A stretch of 24,000 nt of DNA from Candidatus Hepatoplasma vulgare (GTDB lineage Bacteria; Bacillota_I; Bacilli_A; Mycoplasmatales; Hepatoplasmataceae), in the NCBI GenBank assembly GCA_027925225.1, contig AP027131.1:261919-285918 (forward strand). The letters are read 5' to 3'. Position 1 is the first letter of the stretch, and each line of letters begins with the position of its first letter. Shown piece after piece: positions 1-11,237 of this stretch. The notes below the pieces were generated by a model, which worked only from the letters and a program-made list of their open reading frames with translations, was not told where the DNA came from and searched no databases. The position numbers and the translations under genes are program-made.

Positions 1-782
1 TCTTGTACATATAAACCATCAAATAATTTATCTTCTATTTTTTTTGCTTTGCTTATTGGAGTTAATTTAGTAAAATTTTTTAATAATAAATTTTCATTAT
101 TTGTATCATAAAGATCATAAAATTCTTCATAATGATAAATTGAAAAAGATGAATAATCAAAAAAATTAAAATTATCTCCGTCAGAAAAAAGGACTAACAT
201 TTTTCCTGCATTTTCTACTTGAACACCTTCAATCTTTGGATAACTTTGATCTCCATTATCATAAACTGTTTCACCTGGTATTATTTCATAATCTTGTTCA
301 TAGGTTGTACTAACAATTGTTCCATCAATATTATTTATTAATAATGTTGGATTTAAAATATAGTAATATGTTCCACTTTCTAAATAATTAAAATATGTTG
401 AATAATTATAATAAATGGGCAATTCAACATAAAAAAAAATATTTGAAGACATGGATTTAATTTTAAAGGAATTTTTATCTACATTAAAAGAGACATTATG
501 ATATTCGGTATCATTTTCAGACTTAATTTGATAATCAAAAGTTATTGAATTAATTTGAGAAACATCTCCACTATATATACCTTTTGTTATTAATGAAGTC
601 ATAAATATATCTGAATCTACTTTGCCATCGTAAAGCAGTTCATCAATATTAAAATAAGAAGATATAATTTTAAAATCATTATTTTCATTAATATTATTTT
701 TCTTAAAATTAATATTTTTAAAAGGTAAATTAATTATTATTAAAAATAATGGCAAAAAAAGAATTATGATTTTTTTTTTCAT
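1..782 (-). CDS. hypothetical secreted/membrane protein (C-terminus lies beyond the window edge)
   Basis: The ATG is at 780-782 (plus-strand 'cat'). The minus-strand frame stays open for all 260 codons to position 3, with no TAA, TAG or TGA. The N-terminus MKKKIIILFLPLFLIIINLPF looks like a signal peptide or TM helix, with no lipobox Cys. It is missing from the ORF track because it has no stop inside the window. No family was recognised. Confidence 0.5.
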   Translation of the reverse strand, partial: MKKKIIILFLPLFLIIINLPFKNINFKKNNINENNDFKIISSYFNIDELLYDGKVDSDIFMTSLITKGIYSGDVSQINSITFDYQIKSENDTEYHNVSFNVDKNSFKIKSMSSNIFFYVELPIYYNYSTYFNYLESGTYYYILNPTLLINNIDGTIVSTTYEQDYEIIPGETVYDNGDQSYPKIEGVQVENAGKMLVLFSDGDNFNFFDYSSFSIYHYEEFYDLYDTNNENLLLKNFTKLTPISKAKKIEDKLFDGLYVQ

Positions 783-834
783 TTTTTTTATATTTATTTC
801 CTTTTTTATATTTATTATTTAAAATTCAAAATTA

Positions 835-3186
835 TTATAAAATACTTTTTCTGTATTTAATATACTTAATTAAAAAATATATAAATGTAAATATATATAT
901 AAGTAAAATTGATAAAGATAAAACAATTATTAACATTTTATTTTTTGTTTTTATTGAAACATTTTTATAATCTTGTGGATAGATAGAATTATAAAAATAT
1001 GAAAAATTTCAATCATATTTATAATCACTGCTTAATTCATCTGATATATAAATATTAAAATCTTCATATCTAGTATTATTTTTTAAATTAATTAAAGTAT
1101 ATTCATATTGATTTTCATAAATTTTTGAATTACTTATTAAATTTTTTTCTATTAAAGTGTTATATTCATTGTTATTTGAATCTTTATATGTAATTTTTAA
1201 ATTATTAGCTTGAATTTTTGAAATATCAGAATATGTTATTTCAAATGTAATAGAATCATTTTTTATTTTTTCAATTTTTATATTATTTATATTCGAACTA
1301 TAAAAACTAGTTAAATATATTTTTTTAGATAAAAAGTATATTTCATCATATTTTTCATTTGATTTATTTAATGAAAAATTCATATTTACATATATATTAT
1401 TTTCTTGAAAAGTTGGTATTTCATAAAGAACTTCTATATTATTTTTATAATTTATAAAATTTATTTCAGAATAATATAATATTTCTGAATATTTTTTAAA
1501 TTTATTATTTTCATTATTGTATAAAGAATAATTAAAATTAATTTTTTTAATTAAATTTAAATTTCCATTTTTTGTATTATTTCAAATTTTATTAGAGTGA
1601 TAAAAAGAATCTAAATAATATTTATTTCCTTTTTTTATAATTTTTGAATCAACAACATAAATGTTTAATTTATTTGATGAAACTTCTTTTAATTGCAAGG
1701 TTTTAAAAATATATTTATAACCAGTAGTGTTTACATAATTATTATTATCATAATTTTTAGTAAAAGAATTATTTAAAAAATCATATTCAAAATATCCGCT
1801 ATTTATAAAAACAAAAGAAGATAGCTCGCCAATCTCATCAAATGTTATTTCATATTTATAAATATCAAAACTTTTTATATAAAATGGATTTTTTAAAAAA
1901 ATATATTCACTTTTATCATTATCTTTATAGTATAAAACAAGATCATTTGCTAATTGATAGTTTATATTTTTATCATATTTTATATATATATAAAAAGAAT
2001 TTGCATAATATTCATTTTCCTTATAATAAATACTTTTTATATTTGGAGGATATATGGGTGTTATTATTTTATAGTTATCAACTCACTCATTTATAAAAAT
2101 TTCATTAGAATTATAAAAAAAGGAAAAATTATAATAAATTATTCCTTCTTCTTTTGAAAAATTATTTATATAAATAGTTGCATTATATCAATTGCTATTT
2201 CCATATTTATAATAATCATTATTGTATTTAAAATTTAATTTATAATTATTAACATTTTTATTATTATCATAAGATTTGTAATCTGCATAAATTTTTAAAT
2301 TACTTAAAAATTCTTCAATTTTTATTTTTTTAGGAAGCAAAATATTTAAATTAATTTCAATAATATTATTATTCTGAAAAAAAAAATTATTTATTATAAT
2401 TTTTGGATTATTTAAATAAAAATTATTTTCATAGCTTAGATTAAAACTATTAATACTTTTTTCAAAAGATAAAAAATAAAAAGAAATATTTTTTTCTATA
2501 TTTGTTTGAATGGAAATATTTAAAAAACTATCTTCATCTAAATAATAATGTTGTGAAATTTTATTGGCCTTAATATTGTTTAATTTGTATTTAAATATAA
2601 AAAAATGATTATTAATATAAGAATTTAAATAATTGTTATTTGTATTAATATCAATTTTTATAATTTCAATATTTTTTATTTTATTTATATTTTCTGGGGT
2701 AATAATTCTATGTATTTTAATTTTATTTTTATTATTTTCTTTAGAAATTAAACAATAATTAATATTAATTAAAAAATCAATAATTCCTTCTTTTTTTATT
2801 AAGTTTAAATCTTGATTTAAATAAACAAACATATAAGATGTTAGTGAATATATATCTTCAAATTTTTCATTAGATTCATAAGAAGCATAGTAATTTCAAA
2901 GAACTAAATCTGGGTTATCATTTAATCATTTTTTAATTTGAGAATAATTCATATTCTCAACACCCTTATTTATTATATTTTCTTTATTTTCTTTAATTTT
3001 TTCTATCTGAATTTTATGGTTAAATATAAAGGCATTTTTTACCTGTTCTCCCATATCAATATTTTGTTCTGTATCAACATTATTTCTATTTTGATTATTA
3101 ACAACATAACCTATAAAAGGAATACTTGAAAATGTAATAAAAAATATTAAAGAAATAAAAAGAAAAGGAGTAAAAAATTTTCTCAT
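835..3186 (-). CDS. large Asn/Tyr/Lys-rich membrane protein with N-terminal and C-terminal hydrophobic anchors (783 aa), unknown family
   Basis: Track ORFs 2926-3186, 2188-2832 and 1009-1383 share one frame. I translated every triplet between them and the only in-frame stops are TGA, at 2926, 2896, 2188, 2083, 1582 and 1009. The true stop is TAA at 835-837. N-terminal TM segment: FFTPFLFISLIFFITFSSIPFIGYVV. C-terminal TM segment: MLIIVLSLSILLIYIFTFIYFLI, followed by a basic tail. A GGTGGTG SD-like run lies upstream. Confidence 0.6.
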
Positions 3187-3304
3187 TGTTACTTAACACC
3201 ACCCAAATTTGTATATTTTTTTTGTTATTGTTTTATATTTAATTAAATCTCTAAGTACATTATTTATAGCAAAATTATTTTATTAAAATATTAAAAAATT
3301 TAAA

Positions 3305-4159
3305 TTAATCAATAAGTAGTGATATTTCTTCTTTTCATCTTTTAAAGTCATCTTTTCCATAAGGTGTTTCTAATGCTTTTGGTAAGTTTATTAATTTTGG
3401 ATGAAATACAATTTTCTTTAAAGCTTCAAGTCCTATCTCTCCTTTTCCAATATTTGCATGTCTATCTTTGTTAGATCCTAATTCATTTTTTGAGTCATTT
3501 ATATGCATTCCTTTTAAATAATGGAGTCCTATTATTTTGTCAAATTCATTTAAAACTTCATCAATATTTCTAATATCATATCCTCCATCTCAAATATGAC
3601 AAGTATCCATTACTACGCCAATTCTTTTTTTATTTTCCACTAAATCTATTATTTCTCTTATTTCATTGAAATTTTTTCCAATATAATTTCCTTTTTTCAT
3701 CATTGTTTCAATACAAAGTATTACATTACTATTTTTTGTTTTTTCAATTATTTTATTTATCCCAAAAGCACATCTTTTAATTCCTTCTTCTCTTTTTCTA
3801 AAAGAGCCTGGATGAAAATTAAAATATTTAAGACCCATTTTTTCCATTAATTTCACATCTTCTGTATAAGAATAAACAGTAGCATTAAAAATTTTTAAGT
3901 CTTCATCATTATTTGCCAAATTTCCAATTAAAGGTGCATGAACAATAATATTTTTAATATTAAAATTTATTTTTTTTGCAAATTCCTTTGCTTCTTTTAG
4001 ATTATCTTCATCTAAAATTAATGTTTTTTTATAAGCTCTTGAATTTGAAATATACATCGCACCAGATGTTGCTTCTATTTCATTTAAGTCATGTAAAGTA
4101 CCTAATAATTGTGTTTTTTGTTTAAAGGATACATGAGCACCAATTAAAGGTTTTTTCAT
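3305..4159 (-). CDS. nfo: endonuclease IV (AP endonuclease, 284 aa)
   Basis: The N-terminus is [11 protein letters not shown]. Further Nfo-like segments are [16 protein letters not shown] and [41 protein letters not shown] matches the conserved Nfo metal-binding segment. There are two in-frame TGA codons (3590, 3335) and the stop is TAA at 3305-3307. Confidence 0.85.
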
Positions 4160-4167
4160 TTTTATTC

Positions 4168-6855
4168 CTATTCTTCTTTTTCTTTATAATTTTGTTCTTT
4201 TATTATTTCAATGTAATAAGGGGTTTCTTTTATTACATTAGAGCATCTTTCACAAATATCATCAATCATTTCTTCTTGTGAATAATATTTTCAACATCTT
4301 TCACAACGTATTCCATTATATTTTTTTATAGAAATTTCTAAAGTATCTTTTTCATTAGTGAAAAAAAGATTTATTTTTCCCACTAGTAAAAGATCTTTTA
4401 AATTTTCATTTGCTAAAATTTGATATTTCTCTCCAAGTGTAATATTTACTTCTGCTTCAAAAGATCTATTTAATATTTTTTTTACTCTTAGTTCTTCTAT
4501 TTTTTTATTTAATTCTTCTCTTATTTTATTAAATATTTCTCAATTATTATTTTCTTTAAAATCAAATAATTCTTTTTTTGCTAAAAATATACTTTCGTTA
4601 TTTTCTTTTAAATGATAGTTTTCATAAGCATCTTCTATTGTGACAGGCAATATTGGAGAAAGCGCATAAATTAGTATTTTAAAAGCATAATTTAAAATTG
4701 TTTGTGCTTCTCTTCTAAGAGAAGAATTTTTTCTTTCGATATATATTACATCTTTTACATATTCAAAATAATAAGCAAGTGATTCAGAAGTAACTTCATT
4801 TACAATTCTTTTTAAAATATTTGAAAATTTATAATTTTTATAATTTTCTTCTATTTCATTTTGTAGTTTAATTAAATTACTTAACATCATTTTTCCTAAA
4901 AAACTATATTCTTCTTTATAAACTTTTTTTAAATCACTAATATTCCCTAAAATATATTTCAATGAATTTCTAATTTTTTTATATGCTTTTATATTATTTT
5001 CAACTATTTCTTTTGAAAATTTTAAATTTGAAAAATAATCAGAATTAGCAACTCAAAATCTTAAAATATCAGAACCATATCTTTCAATAAATTCAATTGG
5101 ATTTATTACATTTCCTAATGATTTAGACATTTTATTTCCATTTTCATCTACAGTAAAACCATGTGTAATTACTTTTTTATAAGGAGCTTTATTTTCTAAA
5201 ATAGTTTTTGTTATTAAAGAAGAATTAAATCAACCACGATATTGATCGTTTCCTTCTAAATAAATGTCTGCCATTTTTCCTTTTAATACACTTAAATGAC
5301 TTGACCCAGAATCAAATCAAACATCTAGAATATCTGTTTCTTTTTTAAATTTTTCATTAAATTTAATTTCTTTAGGTAATAAATCTTTTATATTAGCATC
5401 TCTTCAACCAATAATTCCTTTTTCGTTAAAAAGATTTTCAATATTTTCTTGTAATTTTTTGTTTACAATTGGTTTGCTTTTTTCGTCATAAATTATTGGA
5501 ATTGGCACCCCTCAAATTCTTTGTCTTGAAATACATCAATCATCACGATTTATTACCATTTCTTTTATTTTATTTTTTCCTCAAGAAGGTATTCATGTTA
5601 CTTTTTCAATATTATTTAATAAATCATTTTTTATTTTTTCTATTGAAACAAATCATTGTTTTGTTGCTCTATAAATAATTGGTAGTTTTGTTCTTCAATC
5701 AATCGGGATAGAGTGAGTAATTTCTTCTGAAAATAATAGTGCGCCTTTTTTTGTTAAATCATTAAGAATTATATTGTTTGCTTTTTTATAAAAAATTCCA
5801 TCGTATTCTTTTGAGTTAATCATATTTCCATCATCATCTGTTACAACAAAAAGTCTTAAATTATTTTCCTTTGTAACAAGATAATCATCCATTCCATGGC
5901 CGCCTGCAGTATGAACAATTCCTGTTCCGCTTTCAGTTGTTACATGATCTCCATATATTAATCTACTTAAATCTTTATTTAATGGATTAATTGCATCTTT
6001 TCCAATATTTTTTTCTAAATTAAAATCTTCCAATATTTTTATTTTTTTATTTATCTTTTTTTCTAATTTTAAAATTAATTCTTCTGCAATTACATATTTT
6101 TTATTTTCAATTTCTGTAATTTTATATTTTATATTTTTATTAAATGCCAATGCAACATTTCCAGGTAATGTTCAAGGTGTAGTTGTTCAAATTAGAATAT
6201 TTAAAGAATTATTAAATTTAAACGCAACATAACAAGAATCATCTTTTGATTTTTTATATTCAATTTCCGCTTCTGCTAAAGCAGTTTTTGAAGAATAAGA
6301 TCAATATATTGGTTTTAAACTTTGATAAATTAATTTATCGTTTAGCATTTTATGGAAAATTTTTATTTCATTTGCAATGTAATCATTTTTTAAGGTAAGA
6401 TATTTATTTTCAAAATCAAATAAAAGATTTAATTTTTTAAATTGCTTTTCTTGTCTCTCAACTTGCTTTAGTGCATAGCTATAACATTTTTTTAAATATA
6501 TTTCCTTTTCGGTATTTTTTAAATTAATTCCACTTTTTTGAATTTCAGTTTCAATTGGTAATCCAAAAGTATCTCAACCAGGAATTGCATTTAATTTTGA
6601 ACCATTTAATATCTCTCTTCTTATTATTATGTCTTTTAAAATTTTGTTTAATGCATGCCCCAAATGAATATCTCCATTTGCATAAGGCGGACCGTCATGT
6701 AGAATAAACTCATAACCATCCCTATTTTTTAATTTATTAATTAAATCTATTTCAATATTTTTTTTAAAAAAATATTGATCTTTTTTAAAAAGATCACCTT
6801 TCATTTCAAAATTAGTTTTTGGCATTAACAAAGTCTTTTTATAATTTATTTTCAT
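4168..6855 (-). CDS. ileS: isoleucyl-tRNA synthetase (895 aa)
   Basis: Four track fragments (6574-6855, 5695-6150, 4540-4962 and the unlisted pieces) are in one frame. I checked all triplets in 4160-4540, 4963-5694 and 6151-6573 and found only TGA interruptions. The HIGH motif is [16 protein letters not shown] and the KMSKS motif is [10 protein letters not shown]. The C-terminal Cys-rich zinc region is CERCWKYY...ICERC. The stop is TAG at 4168-4170. Confidence 0.95.
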
Positions 6856-7137
6856 TTTTTATTTTAAAAAAAGTATACAAGAATAATATTCTATTTTAAT
6901 TAAACATTAGAAATTTTGATTTATTTTCTTTATTTTTTTAAAATTAAAAGAAATCAATATAATTCAATCGCAACAAATTAGAAATATTATATTTATTTAA
7001 TATATATTAATAATTTAAAGCAAATTGTAATATATTTTTTTTGAGGGTAATTAATCCTTTTATTAAGTAATATAAACACTTTATTACATAAATTTTTATT
7101 TTAAAAATATAAATACTATTGGAAAAGAGTCAAAATT

Positions 7138-7872
7138 ATGGATATATCATTAGGCACAATATTTTTATCAGAAATGTTGGGAACATTTTTCTTGATTTTA
7201 ATAGGTTGTGGTGTTAACGCAAGTGTTAATCTTAAAAAAACCCATTCAAGTAATTCGGGTTGAATTGTAATTTGTTTTGGTTGAGCAATGGGAGTATTTG
7301 CCGGAGCATCTGTTGCTTTTGCTTCTGGGGGACATTTAAATCCTGCTGTTACTTTAGCAATGTGAGTAGAACAAACAATTGATGTTGGTCAAGCATTTAT
7401 GTACTTTTTAGCAGAGCTTGTTGGAGCATTTCTTGGAGCTTTACTTGTTGCATTTTTATTTTGAGGACATTTTAAAGCAACAGAGGAAAAAGAAAAAGTT
7501 GCAGGAACTTTTTATACATCTCCTGCAATTAGAAATTGACCTCGTAATTTAGCAACTGAATTTTTTGCTACATCAGTTCTTATTTTACCAATATTAGTTT
7601 CTGGTAATACTGATATAACACCAGGCTTTACAATGTATGGTCCATTATTTGCTGCATTGTTAGTACTTGGAATTGGATTAACTTTAGGTGGACTTACTGG
7701 ATATGCAATAAATCCAGCAAGAGATTTAATGCCTAGATTAGTACATACTGTTGTTGCGCTTCCTAATAAAGGAGGAAGTAATTGAGATTATGCATGAGTT
7801 CCAACTCTAGGGCCATTAATGGGTTCACTTTTTGCAGTTGGAATGTATGAATTAATTTTAGTTACACTTTAA
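7138..7872 (+). CDS. glpF: glycerol uptake facilitator (MIP/aquaglyceroporin, 244 aa)
   Basis: There are two NPA boxes (GGHLNPAVT and YAINPARDL) on a multi-TM hydrophobic profile. Several in-frame TGA codons fall at Trp-plausible positions. A GGAAAAGAG SD-like sequence lies upstream. The stop is TAA at 7870-7872. Confidence 0.9.
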
Positions 7873-7890
7873 TTAAGGAAAGAAGAAGGA

Positions 7891-9387
7891 ATGAAAAAAA
7901 AATACATATTATCATTAGACTCTGGGACAACATCTACAAGAGCAGTAATTATTGATGAAAAAACAAATGTTGTTTCGATAGGTCAAAATGAATTTGCTCA
8001 ATATTTTCCAAATCCTGGATGAGTTGAACATGATGCAAATGAGATTTATGCAAATCAAATTTCTGTTGTAATTCAAGCAATTCAGAAAAAGGAAATTGAT
8101 ATTAAAGATATTAAGGGAATTGGAATTACAAATCAAAGAGAAACAGTTTTAATTTGAGATAAAAAAACTGGAATTCCTGTTTATCATGCAATTGTTTGAC
8201 AAGATAAAAGAACTGCAGATTATTGTGAAAAATTATCTAAAGATGAAAAAATATTAAAAATGGTTAAAGAAAAAACAGGCTTAGTTTTAGATCCCTATTT
8301 TTCAGGAACCAAAATTAAATGACTTTTAGATAATGTAAAAGGTTTAAGAGAAAGAGCAAGAAGAGGTGAAGTTTTTGCTGGGACAATTGATACTTGATTA
8401 GTTTGAAAATTAACAAAGGGAAATTCTTTTTATACTGATTATACAAATGCTTCAAGAACTTTACTTTTTAATATTATTGATTTAAAGTGAGATGATGAAT
8501 TATTAAAACTTTTTGATATTCCAAAGGAAATTTTACCTGAAGTAAAAAATTCTGCTGATAATTATGGAATAACAGAAGTTGATGCATTTAAAGGAATTCC
8601 AATTTTATCAGTAATTGGAGATCAACAATCTTCACTTTTTGGACACAGGTCAAAAATAGGAGAAATGAAAGCAACTTATGGAACTGGGGCTTTCTTGATG
8701 TTAAATACTGGAGAAAAAGTTGTTTATTCAAAGAGTGGACTACTTACAACAATAGCATTAGGTTTAAATGGGAAAATTACATATGCATTAGAAGGATCGA
8801 TTTATATAGCCGGGAATGCTTTAAAATGAATTAAAGATGAACTTCATCTTATTCAAGAATATGAACAAATTGATTATTATTTAAAAGATGAATTTGATAC
8901 AAAAGGAGTAAGTGTTGTTCCTTACTTTGTTGGAGTTGGATCTCCATATTGGAATACAAAAGCAAGAGGTATTATTACTGGTATTACAAGAGGAGTGAAC
9001 AGAGGAGATATTATTAGAGCCACTGCTGTTTCTATACCTTTACAAACTTATGATATTTTTAGAGCTTTTGAAAAAGATTATAATAAAAAAATATTAAAAA
9101 TGTCAATAGATGGAGGAGTATCTAATTCAATCAATTTAATGCAATTACAAGCAAATATTTTAAATGTAAAATTATATAATCCAAAATCTAGTGAAACTAC
9201 AGCATTGGGTGCTGCATTTCTTGCTGGTCTTAAAGCTAAAATTTGAGATAATCAAGCACATTTGGATAAAATAATTACTTATGAAAAAATATATGAACCA
9301 AAATTTGATGAAAAATTAAATGAAAAAATTATTGAAAATTGAAATTCTTCAGTTGAATTAGCACTAAAATGAAATAAAAATAATTAA
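7891..9387 (+). CDS. glpK: glycerol kinase (498 aa)
   Basis: FGGY-family signatures are present: [52 protein letters not shown] and [18 protein letters not shown]. The gene is in frame with track ORF 8995-9246. The stop is TAA at 9385-9387. Confidence 0.95.
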
Positions 9388-9398
9388 AGGATTACTAT

Positions 9399-10529
9399 AT
9401 GAATAATAAAAATAATGCAAAAATATATGACATTTTAATAATAGGTGGAGGAATTATAGGAATAAGTATTGCTAAAGAATTCATCGATAATAAAAAAAGT
9501 GTTTTTTTAGTTGAAAAAGACCCCAAAATATTACAAGAAACTTCTTCTCATAACAGTGGAGTAATTCATGGTGGTTTTGATGCGACTCCTGGAACATTAA
9601 AAGCAAAATTTAATGTTGAAGGCCGCCATCTTTATGAAAAATTATATTTTAAAAAAGAAACATCTTTTTTATGACAAAATTCTGATTCTTATATTTTGGC
9701 TTTTGATAAAGAAGAAGAAGAGGAATTAGAAAAACTTTATAATCAAGGAATTAAAAATGGCCTTAAAGCAAAAGAAATGGCAATAATTTCTAGAGAAGAT
9801 ATTTTTAAAGTTAATCCTTATATAAATAAAGATGTTAAAAAAGCATTAGTTTGTTATACATCAAAATCAATTAATCCTCAAGAATTTGGGAATTTTTTAT
9901 TTCTAAAAGCAAAAGAAAAAGGATTAGAATATAGTTTAAATTTTAAAGTTAATGAAATTTTTAAAAAAAATGATTATTGAATTGTTAAATCTGAAGATGG
10001 AACAAAAATTAAAGCAAAATTCATTGTAAATGCTTCTGGAGTTTGAGCGGAAGAAATTGCGAAACTTGTTGAAAAAAATCCAAAATTTAAAATTAAAACA
10101 AGAAGAGGACAATATTTAATTATTGATAAAACGCAGAGAAAATATACAACTAATGATATTTTCTTTCTTACTCCAACAAGACATGGAAAAGGAGTAATTG
10201 TTGCTCCGCTTTTTGATGGAAGAGTTTTAGTTGGTCCAACAGCAGAAGATAATGTTCCAAAAGATGATATTCAGATTGTAAGTGAAAGGGTGCTTAAATC
10301 TATAAAAAAAATTGGTCGTAAAATTAATTGAAAAATTAATTTTGATCGAATAGAAACAGTGGCTGCTGGTTCTCGCGCAATAAATGAACTTACAAATGAT
10401 TTTTATATTGATAAAAGCGAAGAAGTAGATAATTTCTTTCATGTTGCTGGAATTCAATCTCCTGGTTTATCAAGTGCACCAGCAATTGCAATATATGTTT
10501 ATAAAAAATATTTAGAATTTAAAAAATAG
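9399..10529 (+). CDS. glpO: FAD-dependent glycerol-3-phosphate oxidase/dehydrogenase (376 aa, short Mollicutes GlpO/GlpD type)
   Basis: The N-terminal Rossmann FAD motif is YDILIIGGGIIGISIAKE, followed by SSHNSGVIHGG. Track ORFs 9399-9674 and 9696-9980 and the downstream part join in one frame through TGA codons. The gene sits immediately after glpF-glpK. The stop is TAG at 10527-10529. Oxidase versus dehydrogenase cannot be decided from the sequence. Confidence 0.8.
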
Positions 10530-10547
10530 TAATTATATTAAGAAAAT

Positions 10548-10581
10548 AAAAAACATAGAAATTTAAATTTCTATGTTTTTT
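10548..10581. terminator. bidirectional rho-independent terminator between convergent genes
   Basis: This is a perfect 34-nt palindrome, aaaaaacatagaaattt/aaatttctatgtttttt. It has an A6 run on one side and a T6 run on the other. It lies between the glpO stop (10529) and the stop of the minus-strand gene (10606). Confidence 0.6.
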
Positions 10582-10605
10582 ATTTTGATATATTCTAAAA
10601 CTTAT

Positions 10606-11058
10606 TTAATAATTTTTTTCTTTTTTATTTAAAAAAGATATATAAGAATTTAAATTTTGTTCTCCAACGAGTTCTAAAGTTAAAGAGTGTATTAATTCAT
10701 TTTTTTTCTTTTTTGGGAAAAACGAATTTTCAATTTTTATTTCACCTTTTTCATTTTTTCCTATGCTTTTTATTAATTCGTTTTTACTAAATATATACAA
10801 ATCACTAAGATTAATAACAGCATCCTTTTTATCAAATGTTTTTATAAAAAAAAGATTTTTTGCATTATTTTGATAATTATTATTTTTCTTTGTAAACATT
10901 CTTGCAAAAAGATATCTATCATTAGATAACTTTTTTAAATATAAAAAAGGTCTTTTATTTTTATCTTCAATTCCTAGATAATTTATATTTGTTTCACTTT
11001 CTTTTATAAAAACAAATGAGAACCTTTTTATAGATAAAATTTTTTTTTCGTTTTTCAT
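10606..11058 (-). CDS. hypothetical protein, candidate MazF/PemK-like (ToxN/Kid-fold) endoribonuclease toxin homolog (150 aa)
   Basis: This is an intact ORF with ATG and TAA and no TGA. By eye it matches the PemK/MazF pattern in order. KRFSFVFI resembles KRGDVYF. LGIEDKNKRPFLYL matches G-x-E-x4-R-P-x-L. YLFARMFTKK resembles the IVAAIT strand. KDAVINLSDLYIFSKNELIKSIG resembles RDSVILLEQIRTIDKQRL..I. The comparison is with Bacillus EndoA from memory. The family assignment is unverified. Confidence 0.4.
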   Translation of the reverse strand: MKNEKKILSIKRFSFVFIKESETNINYLGIEDKNKRPFLYLKKLSNDRYLFARMFTKKNNNYQNNAKNLFFIKTFDKKDAVINLSDLYIFSKNELIKSIGKNEKGEIKIENSFFPKKKKNELIHSLTLELVGEQNLNSYISFLNKKEKNY

Positions 11059-11084
11059 TGTATTTAATTTAATTATTTTATAAA

Positions 11085-11204
11085 ACTAAAGTGAGTGCCC
11101 ACTCACCAGATCTATCGATTTTACACTAATGGGCTTTTTAGCAACAATCAATAATCCATCAGAAAGGAGGTTAATAATGAAAACCTCACCAACATTATAT
11201 ATTT
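11085..11204 (-). ncRNA. candidate structured small RNA or 5' leader upstream of the MazF-like gene (orientation uncertain)
   Basis: This island is noticeably richer in G+C than the surrounding intergenic DNA. On the minus strand there is a TATAAT at about 11194-11199. Hairpin GAGGTT/AACCTC spans plus coordinates 11167-11187. Hairpin GTGAGT-GGGC-ACTCAC spans plus 11091-11106 and is followed on the minus strand by TTTAGTTTTA, 32 nt before the ATG at 11058. I saw no match to SRP RNA, tRNA, tmRNA or T-box core motifs. Confidence 0.3.
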
Positions 11205-11205
11205 T

Positions 11206-11237
11206 AAATAAAAAAATTCTCATTTATAGAGAATTTT
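11206..11237 (-). terminator. rho-independent terminator downstream of sepF
   Basis: A 9-bp stem aaaattctc (11213-11221) / gagaatttt (11229-11237) encloses a 7-nt loop. On the minus strand the stem runs into a U7 tract. It starts 13 nt after the sepF stop. A T-rich sequence also follows on the plus strand, so it could act in both directions. Confidence 0.55.

Noticed and set aside
768-790. Homopolymer tracts around the start of the first gene (A8-ATG-A10 on the minus strand) as a possible slipped-strand phase-variation switch for a surface protein.
   Set aside because: MKKK N-termini with A9-A10 runs also occur in housekeeping genes here, for example glpK at 7891-7903. Long A runs are common throughout this AT-rich sequence. 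The tract is therefore not distinctive evidence of phase variation. It could be revisited if population sequencing shows length heterogeneity.
6856-7137. T-box leader for ileS, or a regulator-binding repeat in the ileS/glpF divergent spacer (ATTAGAAAT occurs twice, near 6908 and 6978).
   Set aside because: No T-box conserved core or specifier-type structure is visible. A 9-mer repeated once in 280 nt of roughly 80 percent A+T DNA is expected by chance. Only generic AT-rich promoter-like hexamers are present.
4168-10529. Apparent pseudogenes: ileS in four pieces, and glpK and glpO in several pieces.
   Set aside because: All interruptions are TGA only, and the frame is conserved across every junction. 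The catalytic motifs are intact. These are intact genes under translation table 4, not decayed genes.
11085-11204. The G+C-enriched island as a known RNA gene (SRP/4.5S RNA, tRNA, tmRNA, RNase P RNA, T-box) or as a 16S rRNA gene fragment.
   Set aside because: I found no GGAAGCAGC-type SRP domain IV motif and no tRNA cloverleaf or GTTCGA T-loop. It is too short for tmRNA or RNase P RNA, and it has no AGGGTGGTACCGCG T-box core. The match to the 16S 3' tail is only 11 nt, and the flanks do not resemble rRNA.
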